Origin: Archaeoglobus fulgidus DSM 4304
GTDB taxonomy: Archaea > Halobacteriota > Archaeoglobi > Archaeoglobales > Archaeoglobaceae
Assembly: GCF_000008665.1 (NCBI RefSeq)
Contig: NC_000917.1
Location: forward strand, 1,080,001 to 1,112,000
Length of the DNA stretch: 32,000 nt
Direction: 5' to 3'
The position numbers were made by a program, and so were the translations under genes. The notes under the pieces were generated by a model. The model saw nothing but the letters and a program-made list of their open reading frames with translations. It made no database searches and was not told the DNA's origin. Position 1 is the first letter of the stretch. Each line of letters starts with the position of its first letter. Positions 23,694-31,535 of this stretch are shown one piece after another.

Positions 23694-24441
23694 GCTCAGG
23701 GTTCAGCAGGTCGGGAGCGATGTTGGGCCTCTTGAGGTGCGGACCTCCACCGCTGAAGGCGTGGCAGGCCAGACAGTTCTTGCTTTGCGGCCTGTTTATG
23801 ATGCTCTTCGCAAGCTCTTCCGTCGGAACGTTTATTACGTATCTCCACCTGCCCTGGTCGTCCTTAGTCACATTCTTGAGTCCGAGCTTGATTCCGAGAA
23901 CGCCAGAAACGTAAACATCGGGCTTTGCGTGGCAGGCCAAGCAATCGATGTTGCCAAGCTGCTCCTCACTCTCCTGCGGGCTTGGCGGAAGACCCATTCC
24001 AACTCCGTGGCACATGCTGCACCCTGTCAGTCCGGTAAAGCTTCCTACAAGGTCTTCGTAGCCTTCAGGGGCTTTTTTCAGCGTTATGTACCCTATCCAG
24101 TTCACCACCTTTGTGCCGTTGTTGACGAACATGGCCATGCAGTAGTCGTTGAAGGCCATTTTGCCTCCAAAAATCATGGTTTTCCCGTTGATTCCTTCAT
24201 TCTCCGAGAAAAGCTGGTAGTGGTAGCTGTGGAAAAACTGCCTTACCTTATCCTCGTGGCACTGAATGCAGGTTTTGGAGCCCTCATACTTGGTTATCCC
24301 CTTTTCCTCCCAGACTTTTGAGTGGTCGATGACCTTGAACTCCTCTGCCTCCCCGGTCTCTTCGCCATCTCCAAGAGCAACAGCAACGCTGGCAAGCAAT
24401 GCGATGCAAACAGTGATGAGGAACTTATTGATGGCTCTCAT
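23548..24441 (-). CDS. N-terminal fragment of the multiheme c-type cytochrome (signal peptide plus 5 CxxCH)
   Basis: MRAINKFLITVCIALLASVAVALG is signal-peptide-like. It carries CIQCH, CSMCH, CLACH, CLACH and CTDCH. The tail REGEGAEVQQLPH looks out of frame. Confidence 0.7.
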   Translation of the reverse strand: MRAINKFLITVCIALLASVAVALGDGEETGEAEEFKVIDHSKVWEEKGITKYEGSKTCIQCHEDKVRQFFHSYHYQLFSENEGINGKTMIFGGKMAFNDYCMAMFVNNGTKVVNWIGYITLKKAPEGYEDLVGSFTGLTGCSMCHGVGMGLPPSPQESEEQLGNIDCLACHAKPDVYVSGVLGIKLGLKNVTKDDQGRWRYVINVPTEELAKSIINRPQSKNCLACHAFSGGGPHLKRPNIAPDLLNPELAAEFDVHFKAGLGCTDCHSGENHEFGTNSVDTWSREGEGAEVQQLPH

Positions 24442-24465
24442 TAGCCTTACCTATTAAATTTCCAA

Positions 24466-24473
24466 TTTATAAA
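24466..24473 (-). promoter_or_regulatory. TATA box (TTTATAAA) for the cytochrome gene; leaderless layout
   Basis: The centre is 28.5 nt upstream of the ATG at 24441. Confidence 0.45.
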
Positions 24474-24533
24474 AGTTACTTCTACGATTTTTATCGCATT
24501 TGTCAAAACCTTTAAAAAATCACATCACATTTT

Positions 24534-24568
24534 GTTAACAGTGATAACTCAGGAGTTAACAGTGATAA
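24534..24568 (+). repeat. Two perfect 14-bp direct repeats GTTAACAGTGATAA, 21-bp period, in the cytochrome/hdrA divergent control region
   Basis: Copy 1 is at 24534-24547 and copy 2 at 24555-24568. Each begins with the palindrome GTTAAC. They lie in the largest intergenic region of the window (191 nt). Confidence 0.8.
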
Positions 24569-24600
24569 AACTTTCCGCCTGTTACTAAAAGGATAGCAAA

Positions 24601-24608
24601 ATTTAAAA
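24601..24608 (+). promoter_or_regulatory. TATA box (ATTTAAAA) for hdrA/mvhD; leaderless or near-leaderless layout
   Basis: The centre is 28.5 nt upstream of the ATG at 24633. Confidence 0.45.
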
Positions 24609-24632
24609 CCGGAAAAATAAAGGGGCAAGGGA

Positions 24633-26942
24633 ATGAGGATTGGGGTTTTTGTATGCCACTGTGGTCTGAACATTGCAAGAGTTGTTGATGTTAAGGAGCT
24701 TGTTGAGTATGCCAAGACAATTGACGGCGTTGTTCACGCTGAGGATATCGATTATGCCTGCTCCGATTCTGGGCAGGAGGAGATTTTAAACGCCATTAAG
24801 GAGAAGAACCTTGATGCTTTTGTTGTTGCTGCCTGCAGCCCCAAACTTCACGAGCCAACCTTCAGGAGAGTTGCCATAAGGGCCGGGCTGAATCCATACA
24901 TGGTTGAGATTGCGAACATCAGGGAGCAGTGCTCCTGGGTTCATCAGGCAAAGCCAAAGGCTGCCCTGGCAAAGGCGAAGGACTTAATCAGGATGGCCGT
25001 TGCGAAGGCCAGGACAAACAGGCCCTTAGAGAGAAGAAAGGCCGAAATTGAGAGAAGTGTTGCCGTCATCGGTGGTGGAGTCGCGGGAATTGAGGCGGCT
25101 TTAACACTGGCCGATTCCGGAATTAAGGTTTACCTCATAGAGAAAAATCCCACCATTGGGGGGCACATGGCCACGCTTAACGAGGTTTTTCCGACAAATG
25201 ACTGCTCCATCTGCATTCTTGCCCCAAAAATGAGCGACGTCTGGAATCACGAGAACATTGAGGTCATAACCAATGCCGAGATCGATGAAATTAACGGGAG
25301 CGTCGGTAATTTCAGAATTAAGGTTATCAAGCACCCAAGATACGTTGACGAGAGCAAGTGCAAGGGCTGCATAGACGACTGCAGCAGTGTCTGCCCTGTA
25401 GAAATCCCAAACGAGTTTGATTACGGCATTGGCGTGAGAAAGGCCATCTACATTCCAATCCCACAGTCAACTCCTCTCTACGCTGCAATAGACTGGGAGC
25501 ATTGCATAGGCTGCAGACTCTGTGAGAAGGCCTGCCAGCCAAAGGCTGTGGACTTCAGCCAGCAGCCCGAAACGCTTGAAATCAAGGCTGGAGCGATAAT
25601 TGTCGCTACTGGATACAAAATCTTCGATGCGAGAAGGAAGACAGAATACGGCTATGGAAGGTTTAAAAACGTAATTACAACTATTGAGCTGGAAAGGTTG
25701 CTCTCTGCCAGCGGTCCAACAATGGGAAGATTGCTGAGACCCTCTGACAGCACCGTGCCAAAAAGAATAGCCTTCATCCAGTGTGTGGGAAGCAGGGATG
25801 AGAAGACGAACAAGTACTGCAGCAGAGTTTGCTGCATGGTCAGCCTTAAGAACGCCTATGCCATAAAGGAGAGGTATCACGATGCTGAGATTACCATCTT
25901 CTACATAGACATCAGGGCCTTCGGCAGAATGTATGAAGAGTTTTACAGGAGAGTTCAGGAGGCTGGAGTGAGGTTTATCAGGGGCAAGGTTGGGGAAATC
26001 ATAGAGAACGAAAACGGGAATTTGATTGTAAGCTACGAGAGCACGCTTGAGGGAGAGGTGAGGGAGGAGGAGTTTGATCTCGTCGTCCTCTCCATCGGCA
26101 TAGAGGGGAACAGGGATGTAGCCACAAAGCTTGGTTTGGGAATAGGTGAGGACGGATTTTTTGAAGTAGCTCATCCCAAGCTCAGGCCAGCTGAAACCAA
26201 CGTTAAGGGCATTTTCCTTGCGGGCTGTGCCAGCGGGCCGAGGGACATTCAGGACAGCGTTGCCTCAGCTGGTTTGGCTGCAGCAAAGGCTGCACAGCTT
26301 GTGCTTACAGGAGAGACCGAATTCGACCCCTACAACGCATACGTTGATGAGGAGAAGTGCATTGGATGCAGAATCTGCGAGAAGGTTTGCGAGTTCAATG
26401 CCGTTACCGTTGACAGGAAGGCTAAAATCAACCCCAACGCCTGTGCGATGTGTGGAATATGCGTTGCTGCATGTCCCGCTGATGCTATAGACATGGGATT
26501 TTTCAGCGATGAAGGCATTAAGGCCATGATAGACGCTCTGGGTGAGGAGAAGAACGCCGACCCCCTCGCCCTAGCCTTTGCCTGCTGGTACTGCAGCTAC
26601 GGCGCTGCTGATTTGGCTGGAACAACGAAGGTGCAGTACGAGCCTAACGTCCGCATTATCAGGGTGCTCTGCTCTGGCAGAGTTGACCCAGAATGGGTTT
26701 TGAGGGCCTTGGCCAGGGGCATTGATGGTGTAATCATTGCAGGATGCAGGCTTGGGGAGTGCCACTTCAAGTATGGAAACTACAAGGCGAAGGACAGGTT
26801 TGAGGCCTTGAAGGAGGCTTTGAAGGAAGTGGGGATCGAGCCTGAAAGAGTTAGATGCATCTGGCACTCTGCAGGAGAGGCGGAGGGCATTGCCAACGAT
26901 TTCAACGAGTTCGTGGAGGAGCTGAAAAAGTTGAAGAGCTGA
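24633..26942 (+). CDS. hdrA: Heterodisulfide reductase subunit A fused to an MvhD-like domain (HdrA/MvhD)
   Basis: 769 aa. It has the N-terminal cluster motif RIGVFVCHCGLNIA and an FAD dinucleotide fold (VAVIGGGVAGIEAAL). Four ferredoxin-type motifs are present: CKGCIDDCSSVCP, CIGCRLCEKACQP, CIGCRICEKVCEF and CAMCGICVAACP. The C-terminal MvhD-like part reads FACWYCSYGAADLAG...RVLCSGRVDP...GCRLGECHFKYGN. Confidence 0.9.
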   Translation: MRIGVFVCHCGLNIARVVDVKELVEYAKTIDGVVHAEDIDYACSDSGQEEILNAIKEKNLDAFVVAACSPKLHEPTFRRVAIRAGLNPYMVEIANIREQCSWVHQAKPKAALAKAKDLIRMAVAKARTNRPLERRKAEIERSVAVIGGGVAGIEAALTLADSGIKVYLIEKNPTIGGHMATLNEVFPTNDCSICILAPKMSDVWNHENIEVITNAEIDEINGSVGNFRIKVIKHPRYVDESKCKGCIDDCSSVCPVEIPNEFDYGIGVRKAIYIPIPQSTPLYAAIDWEHCIGCRLCEKACQPKAVDFSQQPETLEIKAGAIIVATGYKIFDARRKTEYGYGRFKNVITTIELERLLSASGPTMGRLLRPSDSTVPKRIAFIQCVGSRDEKTNKYCSRVCCMVSLKNAYAIKERYHDAEITIFYIDIRAFGRMYEEFYRRVQEAGVRFIRGKVGEIIENENGNLIVSYESTLEGEVREEEFDLVVLSIGIEGNRDVATKLGLGIGEDGFFEVAHPKLRPAETNVKGIFLAGCASGPRDIQDSVASAGLAAAKAAQLVLTGETEFDPYNAYVDEEKCIGCRICEKVCEFNAVTVDRKAKINPNACAMCGICVAACPADAIDMGFFSDEGIKAMIDALGEEKNADPLALAFACWYCSYGAADLAGTTKVQYEPNVRIIRVLCSGRVDPEWVLRALARGIDGVIIAGCRLGECHFKYGNYKAKDRFEALKEALKEVGIEPERVRCIWHSAGEAEGIANDFNEFVEELKKLKS

Positions 26943-26979
26943 TTTAATTCGTCTTAAGAAGGTAAAAGAGGCAGAAAAA

Positions 26980-27204
26980 CTAAGCCTCCACGACCCTCAC
27001 ACATCTTGTTGGGCAGATTCTCTCGCATTTCCTGCAGCCCGTGCATTTCTCCTGGTTTTCCGGGAACGGTATTCTTCTCCTGATTCTCATGCCGAGAAAT
27101 CTTGACTCAACTTCCTTCCATGTCCACACGCCGTTCTTGCAGACGTCAACGCACTCTCCAGCAGCGCCGCATCTCCTTGGGTCGAACTCCACTCTGAACT
27201 TCAT
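26980..27204 (-). CDS. Small ferredoxin-like protein, 74 aa (one canonical CxxCxxCxxxCP motif and one atypical Cx5Cx3C motif)
   Basis: From the ATG at 27204 the sequence is MKFRVEFDPRRCGAAGECVDVCKNG...CTGCRKCERICPTRC. The track start at 27252 is a TTG. The ATG at 27204 sits at the position predicted by an upstream TATA box. Confidence 0.7.
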   Translation of the reverse strand: MKFRVEFDPRRCGAAGECVDVCKNGVWTWKEVESRFLGMRIRRRIPFPENQEKCTGCRKCERICPTRCVRVVEA

Positions 27205-27225
27205 GAGCTCTCCCGGGAAAAGCTG

Positions 27226-27234
27226 AATAAAAAT
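27226..27234 (-). promoter_or_regulatory. TATA box (ATTTTTATT on minus strand) for the ferredoxin gene; leaderless layout
   Basis: The centre is about 26 nt upstream of the ATG at 27204. Confidence 0.4.
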
Positions 27235-27269
27235 TGGAGGGGATTTTGACAAAGACTGTAAAAACTGGC

Positions 27270-28562
27270 CTAAGTGTCGGCAAGCCTTCCCGCAAGGTAG
27301 TCGTCGTAAGCCTGCAAGTCAAGCAATCCGTGACCGCTGAAGCCGAAGACGATTACCTTCTCCTCGTTGTTCTCCCTCGCCTTAATGGCCTCATCAATCG
27401 CCGCCCTCACTGCGTGGTTGGTTTCCGGAGCGGGGATTATGCCCTCCGTTCTGGCGAAGAGCAACCCGGCCTCGAATGTTGGAAGCTGCTTCACCGCCCT
27501 TGCCTTAATTACGCCGTGCTTGACAAGCATGCAGAGTGTTGGAGCGTCACCGTGGTACCTAAGCCCACCAGCGTGGATTGGAGGTGGGATGAAGTCGTGG
27601 CCGAGGGTGTACATCTTCAGAAGGGGTGTCAGGCCTGCAACATCACCGAAATCGTACTTGTACTCTCCTGCCGTCAACGTGGGGCAGGCAGCGGGCTCAA
27701 CAGCGATGATTTCCAGATCACCATTCTTCGCGTCGTTAACGAAGGGGTAAGTGAGGCCTGCAAAGTTGCTACCACCACCCACACAGCCAATCAGCACGTC
27801 AGGCTTCTCATCAACCTTCTCAAGCTGCGCCTTGGTTTCAAGGCCAATAACAGTCTGGTGAAGCAGGACGTGGTTCAGAACGCTTCCAAGGCTGTACTTG
27901 GTGTTCTCGTTTTTGGCAGCATCCTCAATGGCCTCGCTAATGGCTATACCCAAACTCCCCGGCGTGTCGGGATTCTCTGCAAGAATCTTCCTGCCCACTT
28001 CCGTTCTGTCGCTGGGAGATGGAATGACTTCTCCACCCCACGTCTCCATCATCACCCTCCTGTAGGGCTTCTGCATGAAGCTTACTTTAACCATGTAAAC
28101 CGTGCACGCCATCTCGAAGAGCTTCGTTGCGAAGCACAAAGCTGAACCCCACTGTCCCGCTCCGGTTTCAGTGGTGAGTCTCTCAACTCCCTCCTTCGCG
28201 TTGTAGTAGGCCTGCGCAACGGCGGTGTTGGGCTTGTGGCTGCCCGGAGGGCTTGCCCCCTCGTACTTGAAATAAATCCTTGCTGGAGTTTTCAGAGCCT
28301 TTTCAAGCCTCTCAGCCCTTACCAGAGGTGTTGGACGCCAGATTCTGTAAATTTCCCTTACATCCTCCGGAATCCTTATCCACCTCTCGCCACTCATCTC
28401 CTGCTGAATCAGCCCTTTCGGAAAAATCGGCTCCAAATCTTCTGGCTTTACAGGCTCCTGCGTTGCGGGATGGAGCGGTGGAGGGAGAGGTTCGGGCAGA
28501 TCGGGCAGAACGTTGTACCACTCCTTCGGCATCTCGCTCTCATCAAGCATTATCTTTTTCAT
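27270..28562 (-). CDS. trpB: Tryptophan synthase beta chain-like protein, TrpB2 type (stand-alone)
   Basis: It has the long N-terminal extension typical of TrpB2 ([21 protein letters not shown]) and the PLP-lysine motif GSHKPNTA, followed by GGGSNFAG. I prefer the start at 28562 (MKKIMLDE) on TATA spacing. An alternative ATG lies at 28577. Confidence 0.88.
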
Positions 28563-28582
28563 GCACCATGAGAGCATTCATT

Positions 28583-28590
28583 TTATTTAA
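28583..28590 (-). promoter_or_regulatory. TATA box (TTAAATAA on minus strand) with BRE-like GGGAAAAAAC for trpB2; leaderless layout
   Basis: The centre is 24.5 nt upstream of the ATG at 28562. Confidence 0.5.
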
Positions 28591-28595
28591 GTTTT

Positions 28596-28612
28596 TTCCC
28601 ATTAAATGGGAA
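28596..28612. promoter_or_regulatory. 17-bp perfect palindrome TTCCCATT-A-AATGGGAA between the divergent trpB2 and hemL TATA boxes (candidate operator)
   Basis: Two 8-bp arms are perfectly complementary around a single central base at 28604. The element lies 6 nt from the trpB2 TATA box and 18 nt from the hemL TATA box. Confidence 0.6.
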
Positions 28613-28630
28613 CATTCTCAGCAAGAAAAC

Positions 28631-28638
28631 ATTTAAAA
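28631..28638 (+). promoter_or_regulatory. TATA box (ATTTAAAA) with BRE-like AGAAAAC for hemL-hemC-cobA; leaderless layout
   Basis: The centre is 24.5 nt upstream of the ATG at 28659. Confidence 0.5.
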
Positions 28639-28658
28639 CGAATTGGAGAGAGCGAAGC

Positions 28659-29915
28659 ATGAAGCTTGATAAGTCGAGAAAGCTCTACGCTGAAGCTTTG
28701 AATCTGATGCCCGGAGGTGTAAGCAGCCCCGTTAGGGCTTTCAAGCCGCATCCCTTTTACACCGCAAGGGGAAAGGGCTCTAAAATTTACGACGTTGATG
28801 GAAACGCTTACATAGACTACTGCATGGCCTATGGCCCGCTGGTTCTTGGCCATGCAAATGAGGTGGTAAAGAACGCCTTGGCGGAGCAGCTTGAAAGGGG
28901 CTGGCTCTATGGAACCCCCATAGAGCTTGAAATTGAGTATGCGAAGCTAATTCAGAAGTACTTCCCCTCAATGGAGATGCTCAGGTTTGTGAACACGGGC
29001 AGCGAGGCAACGATGGCTGCCTTAAGGGTTGCGAGAGGCTTTACAGGGAGGGACAAAATTGTCAAGGTCGAGGGGAGCTTTCACGGTGCGCATGATGCCG
29101 TTCTTGTTAAGGCTGGAAGCGGTGCCACAACCCACGGCATTCCCAATTCTGCGGGAGTCCCCGCTGACTTCGTCAAAAACACTCTGCAGGTGCCCTTCAA
29201 CGACATTGAGGCTCTATCCGAAATTCTGGAGAAAAATGAGGTAGCAGCATTAATCCTTGAGCCCGTGATGGGCAACTCGTCCCTGATTCTGCCTGAGAAA
29301 GATTATCTGAAGGAGGTAAGAAAAGTTACGGCCGAGAACGACGTCCTGCTGATTTTCGATGAAGTTATTACTGGCTTCAGGGTATCGATGGGCGGAGCGC
29401 AGGAGTATTACGGAGTTAAGCCCGACTTAACAACTCTTGGAAAGATTGCTGGAGGTGGGTTGCCCATAGGGATTTTTGGCGGAAGAAAGGAGATAATGGA
29501 GAGGGTTGCTCCTTCGGGAGACGTTTATCAGGCCGGAACCTTCAGCGGGAACCCTCTGAGCCTCACTGCCGGTTACGCAACTGTGAAGTTCATGGAGGAG
29601 AACGGAGTGATTGAGAAAGTCAACTCCCTCACCGAGAAACTCGTTTCGGGCATAGCTGACGTTCTGGAGGATAAAAAGGCTGAATGTGAGGTTGGGAGTT
29701 TGGCTTCAATGTTCTGCATATACTTCGGCCCAACTCCGAGAAACTACGCCGAAGCCTTGCAGCTCAACAAGGAGAGGTTCATGGAGTTCTTCTGGAGAAT
29801 GCTTGAGAATGGAGTTTTTCTGCCACCATCTCAGTACGAGACCTGCTTTGTAAGCTTCGCCCACACCGAGGAGGATGTTGAAAAAACTGTGGAGGCGGTG
29901 AGCGAATCGTTATGA
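28659..29915 (+). CDS. hemL: Glutamate-1-semialdehyde 2,1-aminomutase
   Basis: 418 aa. [19 protein letters not shown] and the PLP-lysine context [12 protein letters not shown] are characteristic of HemL. Confidence 0.95.
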   Translation: MKLDKSRKLYAEALNLMPGGVSSPVRAFKPHPFYTARGKGSKIYDVDGNAYIDYCMAYGPLVLGHANEVVKNALAEQLERGWLYGTPIELEIEYAKLIQKYFPSMEMLRFVNTGSEATMAALRVARGFTGRDKIVKVEGSFHGAHDAVLVKAGSGATTHGIPNSAGVPADFVKNTLQVPFNDIEALSEILEKNEVAALILEPVMGNSSLILPEKDYLKEVRKVTAENDVLLIFDEVITGFRVSMGGAQEYYGVKPDLTTLGKIAGGGLPIGIFGGRKEIMERVAPSGDVYQAGTFSGNPLSLTAGYATVKFMEENGVIEKVNSLTEKLVSGIADVLEDKKAECEVGSLASMFCIYFGPTPRNYAEALQLNKERFMEFFWRMLENGVFLPPSQYETCFVSFAHTEEDVEKTVEAVSESL

Positions 29916-30781
29916 AGCTCATTGTGGGGACAAGGGGCAGCAAGCTCGCTTTAGCCCAGACAAACAAGGTTGCTGAGAGGCTGAAGGAGAGGTACGAGGT
30001 AGAAATCAGGATTGTGAAGACTGCAGGGGACATAATGAAGGACAAGCCCCTCTACGAGTTCAAGGGGATGGGGGCCTTTGTCAGGGCTCTGGACACGGCT
30101 CTGGCCGAGGGGAAGGTGGACGTGGCTGTCCACAGCTTCAAGGACGTGCCGAGCCAGAGGGTGGAGGGGACAGTTGTTGCCGCGGTGATTGAGAGGGATT
30201 CTCCATGTGACGTGCTCATTTCAAGGGACGGAAGCACTCTGGAGGAGCTTGATGAGGGTGCTGTGGTTGGAACCTCAAGTCTTAGAAGGAGGGCACAGCT
30301 TTCGAGGCTGAGGGGGGATCTGAGGTTCGAGAATCTCAGGGGAAACCTTGACACAAGGCTGAGGAAGCTGAGAGAGGGCAATTACGACGCTATAGTGGTT
30401 GCGGAGGCTGGTTTGAAGAGGCTGGGGCTTGACAGGGAGGTTGAGTATCAGCCCTTCCCGCCTGAGGTGATTGTCCCCCCTGCCAATCAGGGAATAATTG
30501 CGATAGCCACGAGGAAGGGTGAGGAGGATCTGGTTGCTTTCCTCAATGACGAGAAGACTTGGCTGGAGGCGATGGTTGAGAGAGCTGTAATAAAGGAGCT
30601 TGGTGTTGGCTGCGCTGTTCCGGTAGGTGTTTACGCTGAAGCTCAAAGCAGAGTAAGGCTGATTTGCGAGATTCTTGACAAAAAGTATTTGAGAGTTGAG
30701 GAGAAGCTTTCGAAGGATACAGCAGTTGAGGAGGCTGCTGAAATAGGCAAAGATCTCAGGAAGGAGATCTATGGTGGGTAA
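29912..30781 (+). CDS. hemC: Hydroxymethylbilane synthase (porphobilinogen deaminase)
   Basis: It has [22 protein letters not shown] and [12 protein letters not shown], plus the cofactor cysteine context GCAVPVG. The ATG overlaps the hemL stop (ATGA). Confidence 0.95.
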   Translation: MKLIVGTRGSKLALAQTNKVAERLKERYEVEIRIVKTAGDIMKDKPLYEFKGMGAFVRALDTALAEGKVDVAVHSFKDVPSQRVEGTVVAAVIERDSPCDVLISRDGSTLEELDEGAVVGTSSLRRRAQLSRLRGDLRFENLRGNLDTRLRKLREGNYDAIVVAEAGLKRLGLDREVEYQPFPPEVIVPPANQGIIAIATRKGEEDLVAFLNDEKTWLEAMVERAVIKELGVGCAVPVGVYAEAQSRVRLICEILDKKYLRVEEKLSKDTAVEEAAEIGKDLRKEIYGG

Positions 30782-31505
30782 GGTTTACATCGTTGGGGCG
30801 GGGCCCGGAAAGAAGGATTTGCTCACCTTAAGAGCCTACGAGCTCATAAAGAGGGCCGATGTTATTCTGCACGACGAGTTGATAGGGGAGGTTGCTGAGC
30901 TACTCAAGGAGAGCAGGGCTGAAATCGTGGATGTGGGAAAGAGGAGCGGAAGGCACAAGAAGAGGCAGGAGGAGATAAACAAACTTCTGGTTGAGTACGC
31001 AAGGCAGGGAAAAACAGTGGTGAGGCTTAAAGGCGGAGACCCCTGCGTTTTTGGAAGGGGTGGGGAGGAAGCAGAGTTTCTGGCAAAGCACGGCATCCCC
31101 TTTGAATTTGTGCCGGGAGTGACTTCAGCCATTGCAGTTCCAGAGGCTGTCGGAATTCCCGTCACCCACCGCCGCTACGACCCTGCCTTGGTGTTTATCA
31201 CTGGAAGGGAGAGCAGGGAGAGGCTGAACTGGAAGGCACTGGCTGAGCTTAACGCCACCATCGTGATTCTAATGGGAGTTTCGAGAATTCCTGAAATAGC
31301 AAAAAATCTTCTTGAGCATGGCAAAGATCCGGAAACGGAGGTGGCTATAATAGAGAGCGGTTTTTCCGACAGGGAGAGGGTTATTTTAACCACTCTCGGG
31401 AAAATGGCCGAAAGGGCTGAGAAGGAAAGAGTTAAGCCTCCAGCAATCATCGTCATAGGCAAGGTTGTGGAGCTTTACGGCGTTTTGTCCAGATGGCTGG
31501 GTTAA
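30771..31505 (+). CDS. cobA: Uroporphyrinogen-III C-methyltransferase (SUMT)
   Basis: VYIVGAGPGKKDLLTLRA and LKGGDPCVFGRGGEE are the class III tetrapyrrole methylase motifs. The gene overlaps hemC by 11 nt. Confidence 0.9.
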   Translation: MVGKVYIVGAGPGKKDLLTLRAYELIKRADVILHDELIGEVAELLKESRAEIVDVGKRSGRHKKRQEEINKLLVEYARQGKTVVRLKGGDPCVFGRGGEEAEFLAKHGIPFEFVPGVTSAIAVPEAVGIPVTHRRYDPALVFITGRESRERLNWKALAELNATIVILMGVSRIPEIAKNLLEHGKDPETEVAIIESGFSDRERVILTTLGKMAERAEKERVKPPAIIVIGKVVELYGVLSRWLG

Positions 31506-31507
31506 TC

Positions 31508-31515
31508 TTTTTAAG
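31508..31515 (+). promoter_or_regulatory. TATA box (TTTTTAAG) for the partial TrkA-C gene; leaderless layout
   Basis: The centre is 24.5 nt upstream of the ATG at 31536. Confidence 0.4.
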
Positions 31516-31535
31516 TTCTGGTGGAAATATTAAAT

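Larger units (their letters stand above)
22747..24441 (-). pseudogene. Octaheme c-type cytochrome gene (about 560 aa, exported, C-terminal TM anchor) disrupted by one +1 and one -1 frame change (true frameshifts or sequence errors)
   Basis: The two fragments overlap by 146 nt in frames offset by +1, with the likely switch in the polypurine tract at 23575-23591. Beyond the TAA at 22809, the -1 frame encodes KGGFGGIIAGILAVVLGAVWLIRRRGS and stops at 22749-22747. Confidence 0.6.

Noticed and set aside
22740-24321. Two long plus-strand ORFs (22740-23408 and 23467-24321)
   Set aside because: Both are antisense to the multiheme cytochrome fragments, whose eight CxxCH motifs identify the true coding strand.
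24512-24715. 67-aa minus-strand ORF spanning the hdrA promoter region
   Set aside because: It starts inside the hdrA coding sequence on the opposite strand and runs through the TATA box and the direct repeats. It has no promoter or Shine-Dalgarno, and its composition is implausible.
25467-26174. 235-aa minus-strand ORF
   Set aside because: It is antisense to hdrA/mvhD, with no motifs or initiation signals.
27234-28145. 303-aa plus-strand ORF
   Set aside because: It is antisense to the TrpB2 gene, which has clear PLP-enzyme motifs. It has no start context and the composition of a shadow ORF.
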